DNA from: an uncultured Candidatus Saccharibacteria bacterium
Lineage (GTDB): Bacteria; Patescibacteriota; Doudnabacteria; UBA920
NCBI GenBank assembly: GCA_964520505.1
Contig: CAZFQP010000005.1
Span: 1-57,503, forward strand
Reading direction: 5' to 3'
DNA: 57,503 nt
Positions 33,472-41,897 of the stretch are shown one piece after another. Each line of letters opens with the position of its first letter. The first letter of the stretch is position 1. A program made the translations under genes and the position numbers. The notes under the pieces were generated by a model. The model had not been told where the DNA came from and did not search any database. It was given only the letters and a program-made list of their open reading frames with translations.

Positions 33472-34937
33472 TGCCAACATCCGAATTAACAAATAAATTA
33501 GTGGCCATTTTAGGCTTTGGCCAGGAAGGCCAAAGCACTGCAGAATATTTACTGAAAGCCGGAATTCGTCCGGTTTTATTTGACCAGCGTCCCTGGGGAG
33601 ATTGGGCAAAAGAAGATCAGGAAAAAATTAAAAACTTAGGCGTTAACTTTATTTTTGGCCCGGATGCTTTTTTAGAGTTAAAAGGTTTTGACGTGGCTTT
33701 TAGAAGTCCGGGCATTAAATTGTCTGATCCTCATTTGCAGGCAAGGATAAAAGATAAAAAATCAAAACTAGTTATTACCAGTCAGACCAAATGGTTTTTT
33801 GACCACTGCCCGGCCAAAATTATTGGCGTCACCGGAACCAAAGGCAAAGGTACCACAGCTTCATTAATATATAGAATCCTTTCCTCGTCATTGCGAGTGC
33901 ATCCGAAGCAATCTCAAACAATAAAGGGATTGTCACACCCCTCAGATACATTCGAGGTTCGCAATGACAAACGTTCAGTCTACTTAACCGGGAATATCGG
34001 CAAAATCCAACCATTCGAAATTTTAGATACCCTGTCGGAACTCGACTGGGTAGTTTACGAGCTCTCCAGTTTTCAATTACAAGATTTAACCAAGAGCCCG
34101 CAAATTGGCGTCGTATTAATGGTTACAAAGGAACATTTAGATTACCACAAAAATTTAAACGAATACCATTCGGCTAAAAATGCAATTACCAAATTCCAGA
34201 CAGTGGACGATACTGCGGTAATCAACGCCGACTATCCGGCTTCCAAGAAAATTGGGAACTTAGGTAAAGGCCAAAAGATTTACGTAAGCCGTTTTCAACC
34301 GGTAAAGCCCGGGTGTTTTGTTAAACAAGGGGAAATATTTTACTGTGCCCCAAAAAGCAAACCGGAAAAAATTCTGCAGCTAAGTAAATTAAAATTGCTC
34401 GGGGAGCATAATTGGGAAAATGTTTGCGCCGCCGTAGCCGCAGCTAAAGCTGCCGGCTGCGGACAAAAAGCCATTGTCAAAGCGTTAACCACTTTTTCCG
34501 GCTTACCCAACCGGCTGGAGTTAGTGGCCGAAAAAAACGGAATAAAATTTTATAATGATTCATTTTCAACAACGCCGGAGACCACTATTGCCGCAGTTGA
34601 GGCCATAAAGGAGCCTAAAATTTTAATTCTTGGGGGGTCTTCCAAAAAGTCAGATTTTAAGGCTCTAGCCACCACTATAAATAATGATAAAAATATTCGT
34701 GGATTAATTCTAATTGGCCAAGAAGCGTTGAATATCAAAAATGCTTTAGGAAAAAAGAGCTCGATTCCAATACAAGAAGGAGCCACCAATATGACTGAAA
34801 TATTTAAGCAGATTAAAACCTTTGCCAGACCAGGGGACACAGTTTTGTTAAGCCCCGCCTGCGCTTCATTCGGGATGTTTAAAAATTATAATGATCGAGG
34901 CTCGCAATTCGCTCAAGCCGCAAAAAACTGGAACTAA
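33471..34937 (+). CDS. murD: UDP-N-acetylmuramoylalanine--D-glutamate ligase, with an in-frame repeat insertion
   Basis: P-loop GVTGTKGKGTT, LTGNIG, SSFQL, and a C-terminal domain LPNRLE...FYNDSFSTTPE. The start overlaps the previous stop (TAATG). Confidence 0.9.
   Translation: MPTSELTNKLVAILGFGQEGQSTAEYLLKAGIRPVLFDQRPWGDWAKEDQEKIKNLGVNFIFGPDAFLELKGFDVAFRSPGIKLSDPHLQARIKDKKSKLVITSQTKWFFDHCPAKIIGVTGTKGKGTTASLIYRILSSSLRVHPKQSQTIKGLSHPSDTFEVRNDKRSVYLTGNIGKIQPFEILDTLSELDWVVYELSSFQLQDLTKSPQIGVVLMVTKEHLDYHKNLNEYHSAKNAITKFQTVDDTAVINADYPASKKIGNLGKGQKIYVSRFQPVKPGCFVKQGEIFYCAPKSKPEKILQLSKLKLLGEHNWENVCAAVAAAKAAGCGQKAIVKALTTFSGLPNRLELVAEKNGIKFYNDSFSTTPETTIAAVEAIKEPKILILGGSSKKSDFKALATTINNDKNIRGLILIGQEALNIKNALGKKSSIPIQEGATNMTEIFKQIKTFARPGDTVLLSPACASFGMFKNYNDRGSQFAQAAKNWN
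33887..33968. mobile_element. ~82-bp palindromic (MITE/RPE-like) element inserted in frame in murD
   Basis: Terminal inverted repeats GTCATTGCGAG ... TTCGCAATGAC. The first 29 nt match 1624-1652 at 28 of 29 positions. It encodes about 27 extra residues (SLRVHPKQSQTIKGLSHPSDTFEVRNDK) directly after the P-loop helix. Confidence 0.65.
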
Positions 34938-34940
34938 CTT

Positions 34941-36059
34941 ATGCAAAAAAAACACTCCACAACTGATTTCTCCCTCCTGTTGATTGTTTTGAGTTTGCTT
35001 GTTTATGGTTTGGTTGTTCTCTATTCCGCCTCTACCGTGGATTCATTCCAAAATTTCGGGAATACCAACTATTACATTCTGCACCAGTTATTTTACGGAG
35101 CGATTTTAGGACTGGCAGTAATGTATGTTTTGTCAAAAATCGACTACCACGTCTGGCAAAAAAATCTCCCATTGCTAATCTTCGCCTCACTTTTTCTGCT
35201 GGCGCTTGTAAAAATCCCGGGGATTGGGTTTTCTGCCGGCGGTGCCACCAGATGGATTCATATTGGACCCCTAGTATTTCAACCGGCTGAGCTAGCAAAA
35301 CTAGTAATTATTTTTTACCTGGCTTCTTGGGTGGACAAAAAACGTGCCGAGTTAAATAATTTTTACTTTGGACTGTTGCCATCCTTGTGTATTGTCGGCC
35401 TTTACGCCTTACTAATTATTTGGCAGCCGGATTTTGGCACAATGCTCGTGCTTCTTTTGGTGGCTTTTTTTATGTTGTTTGTGGCCGGTATTAACTGGAA
35501 ATATTTTTTTTACAGCGCCCTAGCCGGAATATTATCCTTGTATCTAATTATTAAAATTGAACCTTACCGTGTCCGTCGCATAACCACTTTTTTAAACCCG
35601 GATCTTGACCCTAAGGGAATTGGCTATCAAATTAACCAAGCCTTATTAGCTATAGGCTCAGGCGGACTCTGGGGCTTTGGTTACGGTCTGTCCAGACAAA
35701 AACACAGCTACTTGCCAGAGGTGATGACCGACTCAATTTTTGCCGTTATTGGCGAGGAGCTTGGTTTTTTAAGAATACTTGCTATTTTAGGTTTATTCTT
35801 CTTATTTGCTTTAAAAGGTTACCAAATTGCCAAAAGAGCTCCGGATACTTTTGGACGAATGGTAGCTTTTGGAATTACTTCCTGGATTGTTCTACAAGCT
35901 TTTATTAATATTGGCGCCATTCTTAATCTGCTTCCCTTAACCGGTATTCCTTTGCCATTTTTTTCCTACGGTAGTACAGCCTTGGTGGCCAACTTAGGAG
36001 CCATTGGAATTTTAATAAATATCTCGCAAAACAAAAAATCCTCCTTTAAAACCGCTTAG
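34941..36059 (+). CDS. ftsW: SEDS-family peptidoglycan glycosyltransferase FtsW/RodA
   Basis: Ten-TM pattern with RWIHIGPLVFQPAELAKL, QPDFGT and TDSIFAVIGEELGF. Confidence 0.88.
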   Translation: MQKKHSTTDFSLLLIVLSLLVYGLVVLYSASTVDSFQNFGNTNYYILHQLFYGAILGLAVMYVLSKIDYHVWQKNLPLLIFASLFLLALVKIPGIGFSAGGATRWIHIGPLVFQPAELAKLVIIFYLASWVDKKRAELNNFYFGLLPSLCIVGLYALLIIWQPDFGTMLVLLLVAFFMLFVAGINWKYFFYSALAGILSLYLIIKIEPYRVRRITTFLNPDLDPKGIGYQINQALLAIGSGGLWGFGYGLSRQKHSYLPEVMTDSIFAVIGEELGFLRILAILGLFFLFALKGYQIAKRAPDTFGRMVAFGITSWIVLQAFINIGAILNLLPLTGIPLPFFSYGSTALVANLGAIGILINISQNKKSSFKTA

Positions 36060-36062
36060 CTT

Positions 36063-38285
36063 ATGGCCAAACAGCTCAAATTCAAATTTTATACCCAACG
36101 AAGGAACTTTTTAGATTTAACTGTTAAAGCCGGAGACAAGGCCGGGAAGTTTAAATCGTTTACCGGGGCTGTGGTAAATTTTTTCTACTACATAGGTTTA
36201 GGCGTGATTAAATTTTTTAGCAAATTTTTTGGGACAGCTATTGCCATTTGTTTTCATACCGGACAAGTTTTAATTTCCGTTATTATTAAAACTTACAAGG
36301 CCGCCGGAAGTGACATTAGCAAAACTGCAAAAAATTTCCCGGCTAGAATTAAACTATTTACCCAGCGTCAATCCGGGCGTTCTTTGGCGATTTTTACCAT
36401 AATTGCTTTTTTCGGATTTTTTAGTATTCAGTCTCTGCATTTAGTTGCCAAAGGCGTGGCTCTAAAAAATAAAATTATTACCTCGGCTTTTTTAGGCAAC
36501 CATTATTTAAACCAAGCCAAGGATGCATTTGGCCAAAAAGACTTCACAGGAGCGCAAAATCGCTTTGCCTTGGCTTATCAGGCTTTTAATCAAGGACAGA
36601 AAGAAACTTTGGAAGCCGGACAATTATTCAACCAATTACTTGGTCTGCTGCCGCAAAAGCAGGATGCGGACAACTTGCTGTCAGCAGCCTCGTTGGTGGC
36701 ACAAAGCGGACAGGATTTTATTGACTTGCAAACTAAGGCCTCGCTGTTAAAAATTTCTGCGGCTGGAATTTCTGCCGGAGATGCCCCGCTGGCAGATGTT
36801 TTTGCAGAAATCGGCAGCAGTTTACAGCAAGCCGAAAATCGATTAAACTTGGCCGCTTCGCGCCTGGATAAAGTTAAGCCGCAAAGCCTCCCTCCTTCAC
36901 AGCGCGACACCTTTTTACAGCTAAAATCCAAACTCGGTATTTTATTATTATCCTTGAATAATTTTGACGAGGTTTTCACTTTGTCTCAGAGTTTTTTGGT
37001 AGGTCAAAAAAATCTTTTACTAATTTTTGCCAATAACAATGAACTGCGAGCAGGTGGAGGTTTTATGGGCACTTACGGTAATTTAAAAATTTCCAATGGC
37101 CAAATAGCTTCTATGAAGGTTAGCAGTATTTACGACCTCGACGGCCAACTACAAGAAATAATTAAACCACCTCATCCGTTACTAAACGTTAATGACCGTT
37201 GGTTTTTGCGCGATGCCAATTGGTTTGCGGATTTTCCATCGGCCGCTAAAACGATTACAACATTTTACGAAAAGGAGGGTGGGGAAACTCCGGATCTTAT
37301 TATTAGCATTACTCCACAACTGATTGTTGACTTGTTAAAAATTGTTGGGCCGGTTAGTTTGCCCAAATACGGGGTCGTATTAACACCGGAAAATTTTGTT
37401 GAACAAACTCAAGTCGCAACCACTCTTACCGAAGGCCTGCCGACAAATTCACCCAAACAAATTCTGGCAGATTTGGTTCCGATTCTGTTGCAAAAATTAA
37501 GCGAACAGGAATCCGGGGCATGGCCACAAATTATTTTGGCCCTACAAAATAATCTAAATGAAAAACAAATTGTGGCTTTCGCTAAAGATCTAAACAGCCA
37601 ACAACAACTTAAAGATTTCCATTGGGCGGGAGCTATAGAGAATACTGACCGTGATTATTTGGCCGTGGTCTCCAGCAATCTGGGCGGGACAAAAAGCGAT
37701 CTATCTATTAAACAGGCATTGGATTTAACCACAACAATCAAACCTGACGGTGCTATTATTAATGACCTGTCTATTACCAGGACTAACCTTCTGCCGCCTT
37801 TGGCAAAAACGAACAACGACAGTTTTTTGCGAATTTATGTTCCCAAGGGCAGTAAGTTAATATCTAATACCGGCTTTGACTTTAAAGACTTAAGTTATCC
37901 CGAGCGACTAGACTACAAGATTAACGACGATCTTTATACTTGGGAGGTTAACTCGGTTCAAGACGTGGTCACGGGCACAACCATTGGCCAAGAAGCCGGT
38001 AAAACATTTTTTGGCAATTGGTTAAACGTTAAAGGCGGGGAAACCCGAACTGTTAAATTGAGTTATGAATTGCCTTTCAAAGTAAGCAACATTGACCGTT
38101 ACAGCCTCCTGGCACAAAAACAAATTGGTAGCTTGCCGCCAACCTTAAATTGGCACTTAAACTTTAGCGGCTGGCAGATAGCCTGGAAAAATTTTGACAC
38201 TGAAAGTTTAAACACATCCGATTTAAGCCAAACCTGGACTTTAAACAAAGATTATTTACCCGGACTAGTTTTGCAAAAAAGATAA
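36063..38285 (+). CDS. DUF4012-like membrane-anchored protein
   Basis: N-terminal TM region and NNNELRAGGGFMGTYGNLKISNGQI, which I recognise as the DUF4012 signature (xELRxxGGxxGxYG). Confidence 0.6.
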   Translation: MAKQLKFKFYTQRRNFLDLTVKAGDKAGKFKSFTGAVVNFFYYIGLGVIKFFSKFFGTAIAICFHTGQVLISVIIKTYKAAGSDISKTAKNFPARIKLFTQRQSGRSLAIFTIIAFFGFFSIQSLHLVAKGVALKNKIITSAFLGNHYLNQAKDAFGQKDFTGAQNRFALAYQAFNQGQKETLEAGQLFNQLLGLLPQKQDADNLLSAASLVAQSGQDFIDLQTKASLLKISAAGISAGDAPLADVFAEIGSSLQQAENRLNLAASRLDKVKPQSLPPSQRDTFLQLKSKLGILLLSLNNFDEVFTLSQSFLVGQKNLLLIFANNNELRAGGGFMGTYGNLKISNGQIASMKVSSIYDLDGQLQEIIKPPHPLLNVNDRWFLRDANWFADFPSAAKTITTFYEKEGGETPDLIISITPQLIVDLLKIVGPVSLPKYGVVLTPENFVEQTQVATTLTEGLPTNSPKQILADLVPILLQKLSEQESGAWPQIILALQNNLNEKQIVAFAKDLNSQQQLKDFHWAGAIENTDRDYLAVVSSNLGGTKSDLSIKQALDLTTTIKPDGAIINDLSITRTNLLPPLAKTNNDSFLRIYVPKGSKLISNTGFDFKDLSYPERLDYKINDDLYTWEVNSVQDVVTGTTIGQEAGKTFFGNWLNVKGGETRTVKLSYELPFKVSNIDRYSLLAQKQIGSLPPTLNWHLNFSGWQIAWKNFDTESLNTSDLSQTWTLNKDYLPGLVLQKR

Positions 38286-38288
38286 TTT

Positions 38289-39875
38289 ATGATGAGACTT
38301 TTAAAATCTGCTGAGAAAAATTTTAGCGTTTCCAAAGCTGCCCTAATTGTCGGATTTTTTAGCCTGCTGTCGCGTCTGGTCGGGCTAATTCGTGACCGCT
38401 TATTTGCCAGTCAGTTTGGAGCAGGGGATACTTTAGACATTTACTACGCTGCTTTTCGAATTCCCGATTTTATTTTTAATTTATTAATTTTGGGCACTCT
38501 ATCTGTGGCTTTCATTCCGGTATTTACCGAGCTGCTGACGCGTGACGAAGAAAAAGCCTACAAAGTCGCCAATTCAATTTTAAATTTTTCCTTTTTAGCC
38601 ATGGCTGTAATTTGCGCCGGTTTAATGTTGGCCGCGGAACCAATAACCAAACTTTTAGTGCCCGGATTCACCGGACAAAAGTTTTTAGATACCGTCATCC
38701 TTACCAGAATCTTTTTAGTATCGCCGATAATTTTTACCATTTCTAATATTTTTTCCAGCATTTTAAATTCACAAAAAAAATTTATTATTGCCAATGTGGC
38801 TCCCATAATGTATAACGTCGGCATAATTTTTGGACTTCTGGTTTTATACCCGCGCTTTGGCTTAAAAGGTTTAGGATTTGGCGTTGTAATTGGGGCACTT
38901 TTGCACTTGCTGGTGCAAATTCCCGAAGCAATACATTTTGGCTACCGCTGGCAACCGATAGTAGATTTAAGAGACGGGCACTTTAAAAAGATTTTAAAAC
39001 TTTTTTTACCGAGAATTTTAGGAGTCGACAATTCTCAAATTAGTTTGTTAATTGGTTCCGTGGTTGGTTCGGTTTTAGCCGCCGGTTCAATTTCTGTTTT
39101 TAACCTGGCCAATAATCTTCAAGCTGTGCCCCTCGGCGTGTTTGCTATTTCCACGGCCGTGGCGGTCTTTCCGCTACTTTCCGAACTGTTTGCCAAAGGC
39201 AATGAAGAAATTTTTGCTAAAAATTTAGCCGGCGCAGTCAATCAAATTTTATTTTTTTTGATTCCTTTTACCATTTTAGTTTTACTTTTCAGAGCTCATA
39301 TTGTCCGCTTGGCCTTTGGCGCGGGGAAATTTAACTGGGAAGACACCATTTTAACCTTTAACACGCTAGGGATGTTTAGCCTGTCGCTTTTTGCACAAGG
39401 CTTAAGCCCGCTGTTTGCGCGTGCCTTTTACGCCCGCCAGAATACCAAGACTCCAGTTGTGGTTAGCTTGCTAACTATGGTACTTAACGCGTGGTTAGCT
39501 TATTACTTAGGCAAAACTTATGGTGTTGTGGGTATGGCTGCCGGGTTTTCCATTGCCGCGGCATTTAACGCGGGCCTGCTGTATTTACTGCTCAGAAAAA
39601 TTTTGGTTAAAAATATTTCACTAGGCGCTATTCATAACATCGAGTCAGATATTATTAACCGCACGATAAAAATTACTGTCACTTCGGTACTTATGGGACT
39701 GGTCGGTTATGCCACTTTATATTTGTTAGCTCCGTGGTTTAACACCCATACGACCACCGGACTGTTAATGCAGTCCGGGATTTCATTTATTGCCTGTTTA
39801 GTTGTTTTTGCAGTCGTAGGCTGGTATTTGCGCATTCATCAAGTTGTCAATTTTTTTCAGACACGGCGAAATTAA
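38289..39875 (+). CDS. murJ: lipid II flippase MurJ (MviN)
   Basis: FSLLSRLVGLIRDRLFASQFGAGDTLDIYYAAFRIPDFIFNLL, about 14 TM segments. Confidence 0.9.
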   Translation: MMRLLKSAEKNFSVSKAALIVGFFSLLSRLVGLIRDRLFASQFGAGDTLDIYYAAFRIPDFIFNLLILGTLSVAFIPVFTELLTRDEEKAYKVANSILNFSFLAMAVICAGLMLAAEPITKLLVPGFTGQKFLDTVILTRIFLVSPIIFTISNIFSSILNSQKKFIIANVAPIMYNVGIIFGLLVLYPRFGLKGLGFGVVIGALLHLLVQIPEAIHFGYRWQPIVDLRDGHFKKILKLFLPRILGVDNSQISLLIGSVVGSVLAAGSISVFNLANNLQAVPLGVFAISTAVAVFPLLSELFAKGNEEIFAKNLAGAVNQILFFLIPFTILVLLFRAHIVRLAFGAGKFNWEDTILTFNTLGMFSLSLFAQGLSPLFARAFYARQNTKTPVVVSLLTMVLNAWLAYYLGKTYGVVGMAAGFSIAAAFNAGLLYLLLRKILVKNISLGAIHNIESDIINRTIKITVTSVLMGLVGYATLYLLAPWFNTHTTTGLLMQSGISFIACLVVFAVVGWYLRIHQVVNFFQTRRN

Positions 39876-39971
39876 AAGGGTCTTTTCTAAAGCTTAAAAA
39901 CCAGGTAAAATAAGCCTATACCTTATTAACTCAGGCTAATTTAGATGTGGCTATCTGGCGGCAATCAACTT

Positions 39972-41786
39972 ATGACAAATTTAGACAATATTCGTAATTT
40001 TTGTATTATTGCACACATCGACCATGGGAAATCAACCTTGGCCGACAGACTTTTAGAAGTGACAAATACCGTTTCTAAAAGAGAAATGAAGGCTCAATTG
40101 CTTGACCAGATGGACTTAGAACGCGAACGCGGCATTACTATCAAACTCCAGCCGGTGAGAATGAATTATGAGTACTCCGACAGTGATATCTTACATCCTA
40201 AATCTTACATCCTAAATCTGATAGACACCCCCGGTCACGTGGACTTTACCTATGAAGTTTCCCGCTCTTTAAACGCCTGTGAAGGCGCGATTTTAGTTGT
40301 GGATTCGACCCAAGGCATAGAAGCGCAAACTTTAGCCAACGTCTATTTGGCTTTGGAACAAAATTTAGTTTTAATTCCCGTAGTTAACAAAATAGATCTG
40401 CCTAATTCCGACCGGCAAAAAACCGCGGAAGAATTAAAAACCGCTTTTGGCTTTAAAGACGAAGAAATTTTATACGCTTCCGGCAAAACCGGCGAAGGCG
40501 TGGAAGAAATTTTAAAAGCGGTTATAGAGCGAGTGCCGGCACCAAAAGGAGACAGTACCAAACCATTTACCGGATTAATTTTTGATTCAATGTATGACAT
40601 CCATCGCGGCGTGGTGGTTTTTGTCCGCGCAATGGACGGGCAGCTTCTCCCGCGACAAAAAATCTTTATGATCGGCAGTCAAACCCAAGCGGAAAGTTTG
40701 GAGGTCGGATATTTTCACCCGAAAATGGAAAAATCCGATGGTATTAAAACCGGCGAGGTGGGATATATTGTTACGGGCTTACGCGATGTAAGCAAAGCGA
40801 GAGTTGGGGATACCGTCACTTTGTTTGAAAGAAAAACAGATGTCCAGCAGTTGCCCGGCTACAAACACGTAAAACCAATGGTCTACGCCACCATCTTTCC
40901 TGTTAGCGGCGACGACTATCCGGTCTTGCGCGATGCAATGGACAAATTAAAACTAAGTGATGCCGCTTTGGAATTTGAACCAATTAATATTCCTTCCATT
41001 GGTTTTGGTTTCCGCACCGGATTTTTAGGACTGCTGCATATGGACATTGTGCAGGAACGCTTAACGCGCGAATATAATTTAGATTTAGTCTTAACGGCGC
41101 CGTCCGTGGCGTACCATATTGTCACCAACGCGGGCAAAGATCTATACGTCCACAACCCGGCGGAATTTCCCGACCCGTCGATTATAAAAGAAATTTACGA
41201 ACCCTGGATGAAAGTGGAAGTGTTAACACCGCAAGAATATATCGGCCCGATTATGGAAATTGCCAACCAACGCCGCGCGATCTCCAAAGACATTAAATAC
41301 ATCGGCAACACACGCGTGGATATGCATTTTGAAATGCCGCTTAACAACATTATTCTGGATTTTTACGACAAACTTAAATCCGTGTCTTCCGGTTATGCGT
41401 CTTTAAACTATGACTTTATAGAGGAGCGGGTAGGGGATTTGGTTAAAGTGGATATTCTGGTCGCCACCGAGCCAGTGCCGGCCTTGGCGGCCATAATGCA
41501 CCGCTCTGTAGCCGCGCAAGACGGCAAAGAGCTGGTGGAAAAATTAAAGCAGCTAATTCCCAAGCACCAATTTGAAGTGGCCATTCAAGCCACCATTGGC
41601 GGCAAAATTATTGCCCGCGAAACTATTTCCGCGCTTAGAAAAGACGTTACCGGCTATTTATATGGCGGTGACGTTACCCGTAAAATGAAGCTCCTAAACA
41701 AACAGAAAAAAGGCAAAAAGCGTATGAAAAAAATCGGCCGTGTCGATATCCCCCAGGAAGCGTTTTTAGCTGTGCTTAAAAAGTAG
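39972..41786 (+). CDS. lepA: elongation factor 4
   Basis: IRNFCIIAHIDHGKSTLADR, LNLIDTPGHVDF, VVNKIDL, and the C-terminal LepA domain GGDVTRKMKLLNKQKKGKKRMK. ATG at 39972 is preferred over the track start at 39945. Confidence 0.95.
   Translation: MTNLDNIRNFCIIAHIDHGKSTLADRLLEVTNTVSKREMKAQLLDQMDLERERGITIKLQPVRMNYEYSDSDILHPKSYILNLIDTPGHVDFTYEVSRSLNACEGAILVVDSTQGIEAQTLANVYLALEQNLVLIPVVNKIDLPNSDRQKTAEELKTAFGFKDEEILYASGKTGEGVEEILKAVIERVPAPKGDSTKPFTGLIFDSMYDIHRGVVVFVRAMDGQLLPRQKIFMIGSQTQAESLEVGYFHPKMEKSDGIKTGEVGYIVTGLRDVSKARVGDTVTLFERKTDVQQLPGYKHVKPMVYATIFPVSGDDYPVLRDAMDKLKLSDAALEFEPINIPSIGFGFRTGFLGLLHMDIVQERLTREYNLDLVLTAPSVAYHIVTNAGKDLYVHNPAEFPDPSIIKEIYEPWMKVEVLTPQEYIGPIMEIANQRRAISKDIKYIGNTRVDMHFEMPLNNIILDFYDKLKSVSSGYASLNYDFIEERVGDLVKVDILVATEPVPALAAIMHRSVAAQDGKELVEKLKQLIPKHQFEVAIQATIGGKIIARETISALRKDVTGYLYGGDVTRKMKLLNKQKKGKKRMKKIGRVDIPQEAFLAVLKK
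40188..40219 (+). repeat. 14-nt tandem repeat (ATCTTACATCCTAA x2 plus ATCT) inside lepA
   Basis: Read directly. It encodes ILHPKSYILNL in the G-domain variable loop. Confidence 0.85.
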
Positions 41787-41897
41787 ATCAAAAGATTAAA
41801 ACCAGGATTAAGTTACTTTTGAGTTTTAAGCCATATTTACAAATTTATCCCTTAGGTATATGCTAAATTCGTTTGGGATTAAAATTAAATTAAAAAT

